Part shown: piece after piece, positions 1 through 12,051 of the stretch | Layout of the letters: each line of letters begins with the position of its first letter | Numbering within the stretch: the stretch's first letter is position 1 | Assembly (NCBI GenBank): GCA_008632985.1 | Contig: QPGO01000002.1 | Coordinates: forward strand, 620,001-684,000 | Direction: 5' to 3' | Origin: Psammoneis japonica | Lineage: Eukaryota | DNA length: 64,000 bases | The notes under the pieces: model-generated | Databases searched by the model: none | Told to the model about the DNA's origin: nothing | What the model saw: only the letters and a program-made list of their open reading frames with translations | Position numbers and translations under genes: made by a program

Positions 1-3000
1 CATTCTTCTGCAGGGTGCATTGGTCCCTGGGGAATTGACATGAGAGCCACTTTGTCACACACATGCTGCAGGCATGCATGTGCAAAAATTGACACATTGG
101 GGATTTCCCATGCTTCCCCTGTGCTCTCCACTGTGAGCTGCAAACCTGGGTCAAGAAAAAAATGTGCCAGTCACATGATGGCAATTGACTGCATCATCCC
201 ATTTATGCCACAGCCTTGCACCATCCAACCACCATTTTCACACTTGTCATGGAAGCATGTTGTGGCATTGGAGAGTGGAAAAAAATGGCAGTGAGTTGCT
301 TCACTCATTTGCACATGAGACTGAGCAAGTGCTGTGCAAAACACTTCACTTTTTCTGGTTGGTGCTGACTTGTGCCATTGACTGTTGCTGTCTGATGCCA
401 CCTGCTGCACCTTGCAAGCAACAGTGTGGAAACTCCTTGCTGTGCATCTTTTCATTGTGGTTGTCTTGCACACAATGTTGTTGTCCAAGGATCTTTTGGG
501 TGCACTGTGCACAGCCAACACCTTGGCTCACATGCCAGAACCTCCCCCCCCCATTCAACTGGGTGCCTGGCCCACAGGCCAGGGCTTCATGCAACCAGAA
601 AGCCTCCTGCTGTGTGTCTCACTGTGCACCACTTGCTGGGCTCCCCTGTGGCACATGGGGTCAGCCATCACACTCCCCTCATCACAGCCTTTGATGTCTG
701 CCACTCCAACTGGCCTGGTCTGACCCAGTGTGGCACCCTCTGCTGCCATTGTTGAGACCACCACCAACTCTTTCCGCAATCACAAAGTGGCAGTCACCTG
801 GCTGTGGCTCCAACCACAGTGTTTGCAGCCACACTGGCTGGCATCATGTTGTGAGTGCAGCATGGGTTGTGATGGCATTGGCTGCTGTTGACTGCAAGAG
901 CACAGTGGCTGAGCAGCAGTGTGACAGCACTTGTGCTTGCAAATGATGGACATTGCTTGAGATGGAGCTGTGGTGCTCAAAAGAGAGCACAGCAGTGCAG
1001 CCACTGCAGTGACTGCTGCAGAGCATGTGACAATGACTGCGTGACATGAGGTGCACTGACAACTCCCACAATGCTCAGCTGTGCTGCCTCCTCAAGTCAG
1101 TGCAACTCCTTTTGACTGATGCAGGTTCCTTTTTTGATGCACTCCCTGAGATGATTGGCGGGATGATGTGTGCACTGTGCTTCATCTGCAAAGCCCAGCA
1201 GATGGGGTCCAACTCCAAGAGCTGCTGCTCACGCAAGCTCTGGTGAGTGGGATGATGAAGTGGTGACTTCACTTTCTTGTTTGTCTTTGACTGCTTGTCC
1301 TGGCGTGGTGGGGGGCAGTGCAGGGTCCATCTTCAAGATCTGTGGTGCTCCAAGAGCATCATGTGGAGCAAGGTCACATGCAGTGTCCTTTGGTCAGCAT
1401 TTGCCCAGAACAGTTTATTCTGGTGGGAACTGGATCAAACTTGGGTTGCCATCAGACACTCTCTCTCCCCTTTGAAGAGGCCAGTGACCCCATGACTCAG
1501 GACATTGCTGTGGCAATTGCCAGCCTTGCAGATCCTGCTTGGCTTGCTGTTGGTCAATGGAAGTTTGTGATTGACTCTTGGCTGCTGACTGATCAAGTTG
1601 TGTCCTCACCTGCACCATCACCTGCCACTCCAAACAAGAGTCAAAGTGCAAGAGTTGTGCCCTGACCTGCATCAGGACCTGCCACTCTGGAAGAAGAGTC
1701 AAAGCAAGGTGCTGACCCTCAAGTTGAAGATGGATTTTGGGTGCCTTTTGGCACATGGCAGAGGAGACCAACAAGGATGCTGGCTCACTTTGGTGGCCTG
1801 TCAGACCCTTTTTGCCCTCTCTCCCTGCCAAGAACTGGAAAAGATTGTCAGATGGATGCAAGGAGATCTTGACCATCTCCACCACAAGAGTTCATCCCCA
1901 CACAACTTGTGGCACCAAGAGATTGAGAAGAGCACAGATGTTGCCATGCACATCTTGGATGTCAAATCAACTGCTCCCAACTCTGATGCCAACATGCTCT
2001 TGTGGATTGACGAACATGTCCAAGAAGCCCAAACTTGGGTGGTTGAGCTGGTTGTGGAGGTTCAAGCACAAGTTGAACATCCTGCTGGTGCCCCCCAGTC
2101 TTTAAAAAGGAAAGTGGGCACCCTCAAAAGTCAAGCATCTGTTGGTTGAGGTGTCTCAGGCTCACAGAGTCTTGCTCAAGGCAACAGTCCCTTGGAAATC
2201 AGGGCTTGGCTTCTTCATCTGGCTGAGAACTGAGTGGCAACATTCCATGATGCTGTGTCCTTGTTGTGCTCTGTTGGGCCAGCAACCTCATCTCATGAGA
2301 GTGCCGTTGCAACAGCAAAGGCACAATGAGACGTCAAAATCTCCAGCAAGGGCAGTTGCTTCCTTTGAACTGGTCCACCCTGGATCCTCTTCAACACTTC
2401 CACAGAAGGAGACACAGTGGAAGAACGCCAATGCTTGTCCACTCAGTTGAAGAAATGTTCTGACTGGCGTGCTGAAAATGGCATTTTGGGTGTGTCACAG
2501 TGAATCCCAAGGGGTGCACTTGAAGTTCAAAATTGCACGACAGTTTTGGCACATCAGACAACTGCTGATCCTTGTGTGCTCTGGTTGAGTCAAGGCATGC
2601 TCACAGATTCTCTGAACTTTGTGCAGCACTTTGCATCCTTTGCTGACTGCTGGATCATTGATCTCAAGACCAGAAGTCATTTCAGAGATGCTGAAGGATG
2701 GGAGGTGGCAGCAGCATCAATCAAGAAAATCTTTGAGGACATGCACCATGGTGCTCAATCCCTTGTTCAAGATGTGTCTGACATGGACAAGTTGGTTGTG
2801 GTCTGGAGATTGCTCAAGAGTCATGAAGTCATGCAAAACTGGGGCTTGCATTCATTGTCTTTTGCAACAAGATGCCATTGATCAAAGGATGGCATTTTTT
2901 TTAAGTCATGAGGTTGACAGCTGTGGAGAAAACTGCCAACGCCAATCATGCTGCCCTGGCCAATGTCAAGCCTGGGGTGTTGGCTTTGGAGGCCAAATCC

Positions 3001-5580
3001 AAATGACCCAGTTCTTTTGCTGGTGATGATGTGCCTTTCTCCCCTCTCCTGTCCACTGGGTTGCATTCAGGTGTGCCACTGCCCAGTGCATGTGCCTGTG
3101 GACAAGAGTTGGACATTGCACATTTGACAAAACCTCCAAATGCTTTCAAACATGTGAAGGTCTGTGTCATGTCTAGTTCTTTTTGGACATGGGCAATTGT
3201 GGGTCATCAAGTTGGCAAAACCTCCATGTGTTTTCTTCCGGTCACAGTGGAAGCAAGAACAAACCTGAAGGAGTTTTGTCAGAATGACCACTTCACATGC
3301 ATGCAGGGGTCCATCATTGAGCATTGGCAGTTGGCTGAGTTGTCTTTTTGCTGATCTGGCTTTTTTCAACACATCTCAACTTGCCCACATCCCCACATCC
3401 CTTGCCCTTTGACTGCATCCTTCCCAGCTGCTCTGCAGGTCTTTGTTGCCCTGTCTGAGATTCGCAATGTCTTGCACCCCTTGACCTCCTCCACATGGAG
3501 CCAACACATGCCCCACAGGAGCAGATTGGGGGGCATTGCCATTTGTGCTGTTCTTGTCACTTGCATTGGAGTGGAGGAAACAAGGTTCAGTCAAACAGGG
3601 TGCACTGCCCTCAGCGACCCTCCAACTCTTTTGCAAACCTCACAGTCCCTCTGCTCTTTGAGGCAGCACAACATTCCACCATCAAAGCCACCCAACCATG
3701 CTGGATGAGCTCTGTGGATGCTCCCAATCCTTGGCCTCTTCCAACTTCTGTTGTCCCTGTCCTTGCCCCTTCTTCAGTGTTTTTGAAAGGCAAGAAGGTG
3801 GCACAGTTGTTGACACTGGGAAACAAAGTCAAATTCTGTGCCTTCCTCCTGATTGGAAACACTCAATGGTGGCACACACATTTAGACTTGGGACAATGGA
3901 CATGTGGTGCTGCTTTGGACGCACATTGAATTTCTCATGTGTGCATCTGCTTCATGGATCAGTGTGCAGTCACCTGCCAATGGTGGTTCTCTGTCTTGGT
4001 TGTCTGTTGACAAGAGCCACCTTGATGGGTGTTTGAACAATGACCTCACACATGTTGTCCTCCATGTGAAAGCTGGCCAATCAGTGGGAGATGCATTGTG
4101 TTGTGCATCCCATTTTCTCTGGGTGCAGGAGCCAAGCAGTGCAAGCAATGTCTCAACAGCCACCAAGGCAGACAATGACTGCAGTCAACTCAGGGAAAGC
4201 ATCTCAGATGATGGAGAAGAGATTGCAGCACAAATCAGCAAAACACGCAACCCCAAACCTTGCATCCAATGCAACCTCTTTTGGTGTCTCAGAAAAGACC
4301 AATCTCAGGGAAGTGGGTGATGCAGAGAGAGCACCTGTGCACAGCCTGACAAGTGCTGAGGTGTGGGAAACATGGAAGTCATGGCAAGGACCCCTCAAGG
4401 TGACTGTCACACATCTGATGAAGACCCTGATGACGCCAGCCATGGGCAAAGCAGAAGCATTGATGACTTCCCCTGCCCCCCTGCCACTGTGTCAAGCAAG
4501 CCTCAATCTCTGTGGAAAGGAAACATTGATGATGGTGGCATGCAGCCTTGTGTTCCATCTCACAGCACCTCAAGATCAACAAGGCTTGATCAAGACATTT
4601 TGCTGCCTGTTGGCCATGCAAGAATCTCTGACTGGAATGGGAGCATGGCCTTCATGGAGTGCATCTTCACAGATGATGTGGCCAGATCACCACAAAACAT
4701 CAGGCATGACCAAAAGCAAGTCTGCCGCAGTTCACAAAAAAGCCAGTGGAGTGCAGTCAAGGCTTCCCAGCAACTGCTCTGGAAGAGCAGACAGATGAAA
4801 AGAGCACAGCTGGAGCCACCATGACAGAAATTGACAACAAGAATGGACAAAAGCGAAAGACTGAAACTCTGATGCAAAACAGAAATGAAGAGAGCAAGAA
4901 CAGAGACGACACAAAAAAGCATTGGCGCCGTGGCCTTCGCCAAGCATGCCCATGCTGGTGCCTGTGACAGCAAACCATGATCATGCACTTCTTGGCCTTG
5001 TTGTCACAATCGGGGGGGGGGGGGGGCAAACACACATGTTCTGGCAAAGCACACTTCTCATTCTTGGCATCATCAGCCTGCCATCATGATGCCGCTCAGT
5101 TTGCACGACACCCCGGGGTGACACCAGAGCGCCAAAACATGACCCCCAGGTTTAAAAGGAGCCCCAACAAAGTGGCACTGGTCACCTGCTCGGGGTCCAA
5201 GAGGAAAATCTCGACAAGTCTTTGCACCACATCCAAAACATTGCTGCTTGCTCATGTCGTGATCCAAGGACACTTGGTCTTTCAAAAAAATTCGCTGGCA
5301 GCCAAAGGCAGATCGACAGAAAGCCTTGATCTTCACCACAGCAAAATGGGATTTTCTCTGGATGGCCCTTTAGGGCCTTTTGTATCAAGGCTGTCATGGC
5401 TGCATTGTGCCTGTCTGGAAGTCCTCGTCTCATGGAAAAAGTCCTTGCTTTGACGGAATGCTGAGGATGATCTCTCATGGTGTCGATCAACTTGCTGCCG
5501 GTATCATCTATGGACGACTGTGCTTTTTCTAGCTCAATTTCAAAGCAAGAACAACGCAAACCACACCAAACGCAGCAGCG
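1..5580. mobile_element. TpA/CpG-depleted degenerate repeat domain 1 (transposon relics, runs off the window start)
   Basis: About one TA and no CG seen in the first 600 bp, with strong CA/TG excess. ORFs in all six frames are nearly Tyr-free and rich in Cys/His/Trp/Met. CpG reappears from about 4900 while TA stays rare until about 5580. Confidence 0.75.
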
Positions 5581-5631
5581 CAACAAAGCAACGTGACAAG
5601 AACAACTTCTCTGTTATCTATCAATCATACA

Positions 5632-8187
5632 ATGTTAGATTCTTCCTCGTCATGTTCTGCAGTGGGATTGTTGAAATCGAATTACCGCAGTCTCGGAGAG
5701 CCTCATTCGGTCCGGAACCGGTTCGTGTCGTATCTGCTGTCAAATCCACGGAGTTCGGCAATTCTCAAGAGCATTATTCATGAAACCATAGAGCACCACG
5801 AAAACAACAAACGACAAAGCAACGATATGAATAACAGTGCTTCTCTGCAGATTCAAGTCTTTTCCGTGTTACAGTTTGATCCCGTTCTGGGACATATGCT
5901 ACTGAGATACCCCTCGACGTTGCTTCCTCTATTTGAAGACGCTGCGGTACAAGCGCAAGAAGAACTGCTTTCCAATCATGCCACCGACAGAAGACTTGAT
6001 ATTGCGTCATGTTGTCGTCGATTTCGTATTCGCTTGACACACTTGCCACCAAATTATTGTTGCAAATCAACGTCTGCGTCCAATGTCGGTCGCATTTTGC
6101 AAACGAGCGGAACCGTGGTGCGAGCAACACCAACGTGCATGATGGAATACTCGAGAACCTATGTGTGCCAAAAATGCAATTATGAAACGGTAGCTCAAGT
6201 CGATTTGTCAACACCTGCCTTGGCTATTCCACAGCCATCAAACAAGTGTCCCGAATGTGGAAAGGCAAATTCGCTAGAAAAGAAATTACAAAATGGATCG
6301 ACGCACGCGGATTACCAACAAGTCAAGATTCAAGAATCCAAATCCAAGTCGGACGACCAGAGTGCCATTCCGCGATCGATCCTGTTGCAACTGACGCACG
6401 ATTTGGTCGACACGTGCAAACCAGGAGACGAAATCGTCGTGGTGGGGACTCTTCAGGCGCAATGGCCTGCGCCCTCGTCACAGCTTGTGCCGCAGGTTGA
6501 TTATCACATTACCACCAGTCTCTTGGTACATTCGATTCGAGTCATGCACAAACAAGACTTGTATTCCGAGTGGATGACACCCAGTGATGAGACGTCTGCT
6601 GAAGCTGAAAATGATCCAAACAATAGTAACAAAAACAACAATAACAATCCCCGAGACAAGTATCCTCAGGAGTTTGAAGAATTCTGGAATGCAGCTACGA
6701 AACCAATAGAGGCGCGAAATTTTATTGTGGGAGCCATGTGTCCCAAGCTGTATGGACTATTCACCGTGAAACTTGGACTCTTGATGGCTCTAATTGGTGG
6801 TTCGTCTCTGTCCAGTATTCAACAGCAGCAAGAATCTTCTCAAGATGGCAACAGTAGCGGACGAGCGCGAAAGCGATCCAAACATCGCGAGAATGAGCCA
6901 GAACAGTTTTCTCTTGGAACAAGTCGACGCTCGGGTAGTGGACAGGAGCAGCAACAAGGAACTACAGGATGGTCCACCACAGGTACAGCCACGACCAAAC
7001 GATCAGGGCAGGAAAGCATTCAAACAAAACGTCGTGCACAGTCGCATATTTTATTGGTGGGTGAAGCCGGCCAGGGCAAATCCCAGCTACTCAAGTTTGC
7101 AGCCGCACTCTCTCCACGATCCGTTTTGACCACAGGAACGGGTTGTTCTTCGGCTGGACTCACGGCAGCGGCGGTTCGGGATCCGTCCAAAACGGGTGGA
7201 AGCAATGAGTTTACACTTGAGGCGGGAGCACTCGTGTTGGCCGATATGGGAGTGTGCTGCATTGACGAGTTTGGATGCATTCGTCAAGAGGATCGTACCA
7301 CTATTCATGAAGCCATGGAACAGCAAACCATTTCTGTGGCAAAGGCTGGGATTGTGTGTAAGTTGAACGCACGCGCCACCATTGTCGCCGTGATGAATCC
7401 TTGTGGTGGTCATGGACGCAGTTCGGTTGGAAAGTATGACTTTCAACAATCGCTTGCTGACAATACCAATTTGGCATCGCCGCTCTTGTCGAGATTTGAC
7501 TTGATTTTCCTACTCTTGGACGCTGCCACGGCAGAACGAGACGACAAGATTGCTACCTTTCTTTTGAACCACGCCATTCAACCCGACGGAGCAACAACAA
7601 GTAGCAATGCAGGCGCACAGATTACGAGTCAGCATTGGAGTATGGATAAACTGCGAGCGTATATTGCTATAGTGAGGAGCAAGTTTCACCCCACGCTGAC
7701 TACCGAAGCCGCAACGCTGTTGCAGAAGTATTACCAAGTCGTGCGCAACACGCCATCGTCGTGTCAGTTACCAATTACGGTTCGATTTCTGGAATCCCTC
7801 ATTCGCTTGTCCCAGGCACATGCCAGACTCATGTATCGAAATATCGTCACCGAGGTGGATGCCATAGCCGTGATTGGAGTGATGGAGCAGTCGTGCGCTT
7901 CGACAACCTCTCATCACCCTCATTTCCTCGCAGAAGATGGGCCTGACGACGCCGATATGGATTTTCAAAGAATGAAGGCTGCAGTTCTTGCGAAATTTGG
8001 AATGGGAGGTCCAGCGCAAGGATATGGAGCTATGAATAGCATGGGAAACAACACGCCTACACTGCCCCCGGCCCCGCACGAGCAACCACAAGCACCTTCG
8101 GGTTGGGACCAGTACAAACCTGATAATAATGGTTATGGGCATATTCAAAACACCGCAAGTCGCCGTGGTGTGAATCCGTGGGATTGA
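5632..8187 (+). CDS. MCM9: DNA helicase MCM9
   Basis: Zn finger CQKC..CPEC, DYQQVKIQE, Walker A GEAGQGKS, LEAGALVLAD, Walker B CCIDEF, IHEAMEQQTISVAKAG, Arg finger LLSRFDL. The motifs PRSVLTTG and ITVRFLESLIRLSQAHARL are MCM9-like. Start codon uncertain. Confidence 0.88.
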   Translation: MLDSSSSCSAVGLLKSNYRSLGEPHSVRNRFVSYLLSNPRSSAILKSIIHETIEHHENNKRQSNDMNNSASLQIQVFSVLQFDPVLGHMLLRYPSTLLPLFEDAAVQAQEELLSNHATDRRLDIASCCRRFRIRLTHLPPNYCCKSTSASNVGRILQTSGTVVRATPTCMMEYSRTYVCQKCNYETVAQVDLSTPALAIPQPSNKCPECGKANSLEKKLQNGSTHADYQQVKIQESKSKSDDQSAIPRSILLQLTHDLVDTCKPGDEIVVVGTLQAQWPAPSSQLVPQVDYHITTSLLVHSIRVMHKQDLYSEWMTPSDETSAEAENDPNNSNKNNNNNPRDKYPQEFEEFWNAATKPIEARNFIVGAMCPKLYGLFTVKLGLLMALIGGSSLSSIQQQQESSQDGNSSGRARKRSKHRENEPEQFSLGTSRRSGSGQEQQQGTTGWSTTGTATTKRSGQESIQTKRRAQSHILLVGEAGQGKSQLLKFAAALSPRSVLTTGTGCSSAGLTAAAVRDPSKTGGSNEFTLEAGALVLADMGVCCIDEFGCIRQEDRTTIHEAMEQQTISVAKAGIVCKLNARATIVAVMNPCGGHGRSSVGKYDFQQSLADNTNLASPLLSRFDLIFLLLDAATAERDDKIATFLLNHAIQPDGATTSSNAGAQITSQHWSMDKLRAYIAIVRSKFHPTLTTEAATLLQKYYQVVRNTPSSCQLPITVRFLESLIRLSQAHARLMYRNIVTEVDAIAVIGVMEQSCASTTSHHPHFLAEDGPDDADMDFQRMKAAVLAKFGMGGPAQGYGAMNSMGNNTPTLPPAPHEQPQAPSGWDQYKPDNNGYGHIQNTASRRGVNPWD

Positions 8188-8196
8188 AATTGCCTC

Positions 8197-8790
8197 CATT
8201 CTAGTCATAGATATCGCCGTTGGACGAAAAGAGGACCTAGATCGTCTCTACTGTATAGTTTGGGTTTATTGCCTTTTTCTGGATGTAGAAGTAGAAACCT
8301 ATGTACATGAGCACCACGCCGAAATCGTTGTTGTCGGGCTTTGTCGACGTCCCGCTCTGGAATTCATTGAATCAAAATCGTCCTTCACACAAAGTATCGA
8401 CGTCGTCCGCAAACATACAATCCCAAATCGTCGCAACCAGAAAACCTGAGTACGAAGCACCGCTGAAGCTCCCTTTATTTTTGTTGTGCATTCTAGTCAC
8501 AGATATCGCCGTTGGACGAGAAGAAGAAACCTTAGATCATCTCTACTGCTTTAGTTTGGGTCTTATGGCCTTTTTTTTCTGGATGTAGAAACCTATGCAC
8601 ATGTGGACCACGTCGAAACCGTTGTTGTCGGGCTTTGTCAATGTCCCGCTCTGGAACACATTGAATCAAAGCCGTCATTCACAAAAATTATCGACGTCGT
8701 CCGCAAAACATACAATCTGGAAATCGTCGAAACCAGAAAAAAACTGAGTACGAAGCACCGCTGAAGCTCCATTTATTTCTGTTGTGCATT
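8197..8790. repeat. Tandem duplication of about 292 bp (8197-8488, 8489-8790) covering the stop codon and 3' UTR of the DsbA-like gene
   Basis: Both units begin cattctagtca.agatatcgccgttggacga and end gagtacgaagcaccgctgaagctcc.tttattt.tgttgtg. Confidence 0.9.
8610..8697 (-). promoter_or_regulatory. SECIS-like element in the 3' UTR of the DsbA-like selenoprotein gene
   Basis: Minus strand reads acgtcga..ATGAc-GGCTTTG-attcAAtgtgttccagagcgggacattga-CAAAGCC-cGAc..tcgacgt. It has the ATGA/GA core, a perfect 7-bp helix, AA 12 nt after ATGA and an outer helix. Confidence 0.7.
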
Positions 8791-9918
8791 TTTCAGAAAG
8801 TCAGCGGCATGGTGGCTTCCTCGTTCGACTACTTCTTGTGGCACTCCCAGGATTTCACCAAACACTGGTCCATTTTCGACGTAGCCACGCCTTTCAATTT
8901 CGCGAAACACTCGCACAAAGACGCTGGATTCAGCTGCGCCGTCCACTACGGTCCGTCCTTCGATAATGAACTTTGGAATTCCATGAATACCCAATTCAGA
9001 GAGCGTCCGAATCGCCGATTCAATTTCCACTCGACCCTCGTTGCCATTCAAGAAATCCAAAATGTCCTGTTCCGAAGGTATCCTCGATGAAAAGGATTCG
9101 TTTTGTTTCAGCAGCTCGTTGAGTTTGCCGGCCACGACCTTTGCCAGCCGAGATCTGTCATTCAGGGAATGCCCATCCACAAAGTAGTAACTACAAAGGC
9201 GCGAACGGTAAATCCAAAGTAAGTCTCAATGACAACACAATCTGTGTAAACAAAACACGTTGTCAACTTACACATTGAGTAAATCATAAACTGCTTCGCT
9301 GATATCAAGGCCATACGTTTTCCCAATGTGCTGAATCAATCGATGGGACGCCATTGTATTTGCTGCCAATCTATCTAGATTGAAATGCGGGATACCAGCT
9401 TGCTGCCCGCGTCCTTTGAGGTCATGCCGCAACTTCTGCGCTTCCCACCCCTTTTGGCCACCCCACTTTTTGACGAGTCGTTCCCGGTTACTCTCCTCGT
9501 AAAGTTTCGATTCATCATAGTGGGGTTCTAAAAAGAAGGGAACACGAATCACCGAAAAAGCAACTGGCCGAGGCGCATCGGGCAATGGAGAAGAAAGTAC
9601 TTGATCCATGGCACGATTCAAATACTTCTTTCCAATGTACCCGTCTGCAAAGTTGAGTGGGAGAGGGGTGCGTGAAACGAGTGCATGAGAAATATTCCAC
9701 ATGAGAACAGCGAACTATAAAAGTTCTGCAGCAAACTTACTTGGTCACAGAGTGTCAGAGACGAGCTCAACAGGAATCACGAGCGGTGATAATGGCGAAG
9801 ACGATGTTGAGAACATAAAAGCAGAACTCGGTAGGGGCGCCTTTGTCAACGTTCGTGTCGCCAGAGCCTTCGCGACGGCTACCGGTACACGCACTGGTTG
9901 CCGTACCAGTGCCATCAT
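8773..9918 (-). CDS. DsbA/FrnE-like thioredoxin-fold selenoprotein (exons 9918-9741, 9644-9272, 9190-8773; Sec UGA at 9747-9745)
   Basis: Splicing at GT-AG sites gives VELVSDTL-U-PNGYIGKKYL..PFFLEP..ANTMASHRLIQ..YYFVDGHSLND..GIHGIPKFII..DGA, which matches the FrnE family. The UGA falls at the first Cys position of CxxC. Confidence 0.85.
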
Positions 9919-10103
9919 GGTTTCTCCTTTCAGTCTACAGAGATAACACACTACTTTGATTCGTCGTTGGTCGATGGTTAAACTAACGGTAGCAAAGTAC
10001 CGGTAGGGGAGGTTGGGCTGCAGCGAGCGATAGATGCGGCTGAGTAATAGAGAGATCGATGGACAACAGGTAACAGCAGCAGCTGTATCAATAGAGTGGG
10101 TAT

Positions 10104-10283
10104 CACGTCATCCTGAGATTTCAATATGTGTATGTACTGTACCACTCTCTACTGTACCGTAGACGATCTGGGATTGGATGTGACGCATAAAATTTTAGTA
10201 CATTGAAGTTGAATGACGTGGACTTCTGCTTCAAAAAATATAAGTGATGACGCTCCAAATTGAATTCAAGTTGCATGACGTGG
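10104..10283. promoter_or_regulatory. Cluster of five TGACG/TGACGT (CRE/bZIP-type) motifs in a divergent promoter
   Basis: cacgtca at 10104, tgacgc at 10181, atgacgtgg at 10213, atgacgc at 10247, atgacgtgg at 10275. Confidence 0.5.
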
Positions 10284-10539
10284 CCTTGAGGTTTTCAGCT
10301 ATTTAACAGGTTAATCTTGATATTACATAACCAAGACGTTGACCTCTTCCACCAACTTGAAGTTGCGTGGAGGTCGTTCTGAAGCCGTGTCTCAACGTCC
10401 GCATTCCATCGGCAATCGCGGCACAAACCACAGTGAAAACTAGGTGATAACATAACGAACGCGAGGGCAGGACGACTGAAACAAAAGAGATATTGTGCGT
10501 ATAGACAAAGAGTTGTGGAGCCCGGGGATACAGACCAAA

Positions 10540-12051
10540 ATGAAGGGTGAAAAAGACGGAGATGAGGACGAGAATTCTGGCAATCCCGAGGGTTCTCAAG
10601 CAAGAGGACCATCGTCTTCACTCCTTTCGATTCTGCTTTCGACATCGCCTCATCATGATCCACGAAACGCACCTACGGACGAAAAGGATTCCAATAAAGA
10701 GCAACAGGAAGTGCCACCAGCTGCATCAGCCTCTGGTGCTGACGAGGTTCCAATCAGTCCTCAGCCAGCAATTGCATCTTCCGAGTCGCAGCAACCTGAA
10801 TCATCTGAAACAAGAACAGCAGAAGGGAATGAACGTATTAGCGGACTGCAAATATATGACGTAGAAGGAGGAACTGATATACCGCGTTATGTTCAGCAGC
10901 ACAATGCAACCCTCTCCTTTCCCGAAAAGGTGCGTATGAGACAATACGGAGACAGGTCGTTACCAGAACAATTGAAACATTGATGTAACCCTTGTCTCAC
11001 CTTCCTGAATAAATGTTTCTTTTCTATCATTCCGTAGCTCATGCTTATGCTGACCCACGTTGAAAAAACCTTCCAAAATGATCCTCCAGTGGGATGGGTA
11101 CTTGAAGGTCGAGCTTTCTCAATCTTCGATAAGGACCGACTCACCAACGAGATCCTCCCCGAGTTTTTTGGACCGGGACAATTCAAAAGCTTCACGCGTA
11201 AGCTATACAGATGGGGCTTTCGACAAATTGCAATTCCTACCTCCCCTTCGCATCCAAAACATTCCATAAATTTCGGAAACGAGCATTTTCAAAGGGACGA
11301 TAAGGAGCGAATGATGTATATGAGAAGTGTGACAGCGGCCGGGAGAAGAAGGAAAGAACAACGACAACGAAATACTGGAATCTCATCAAGTAGTGCTTCT
11401 GGGCAGATTCAATACGATCAACAGCAAAGCGAGGGAAACACTGAGGTCGACACTAGAAAGCGGCCCGCGATCCACGAACATGAGACCGCCAGCGAACTGA
11501 GACGGGCAGCAATTATTGCATCCAATCGACGCTTTTCAATGGAAACGTCTGAAGCTGAGCATACCACGACCACGAACCCCGCTTCTGCGGTTCCTTTCTC
11601 GAGGCCATATCAAACGAATCCTTCGTGGGTAATGCAACAAGCCGCCTTAGCAAATCAAAACCAACTCCAAACGAATCCAGTGCTTTCTCTCATGAACCTC
11701 TTAAGTCAACAGCAAGGCATATCACTTCCACTCGATCAACAAGCTCTTCAATACCACGCCGGGCAACAAATGCTCAATCCTACAGCTTCTCTTCAACAAC
11801 AGCAACAGCCACAGGCGTTAGGGGGACAGGGTCATAACCTGCAACAGGGTCAAGCTAGTATCCTGTCATCTGTGGCAGGTGCAATCAACGTGAATCAGCC
11901 TATAGCACCGCAACCTGCAACGGTACAGGTGGTGGCAAATTTAGGACAAGAGGATCGCACTTCTGCGCCCACTTCCGAACAGGAAGGCGCCGAGGACGAT
12001 GAAATGGGAAGAAAGCCCGCTGCAGCACCCGGGGACGGTCGCAGCAGGTAA
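10540..12051 (+). CDS. Heat-shock-factor-type transcription factor (intron 10930-11037)
   Basis: Spliced FPEK|LMLML, W..EGRAFSI, FKSFTRKLYRWGFRQI, FGNEHFQRD form an HSF DNA-binding domain, followed by a Gln-rich tail. Confidence 0.9.

Noticed and set aside
40..5586. Dozens of overlapping 60-235 aa ORFs rich in Cys/His/Trp/Met (also at 42290-50130 and the other depleted domains)
   Set aside because: These are an artefact of TpA loss: TAA/TAG stops and Tyr codons are gone, so all six frames stay open. They are not genes.
7050..7090. MCM9 Walker A reads GEAGQGKS instead of GDPGTGKS
   Set aside because: The GKS core, Walker B and Arg finger are intact, so this is ordinary divergence.
8197..8790. 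The 3' UTR duplication as further evidence of the TpA mutator
   Set aside because: There are few differences and their direction is ambiguous; the CA/TG state at some sites is the one that preserves SECIS pairing.
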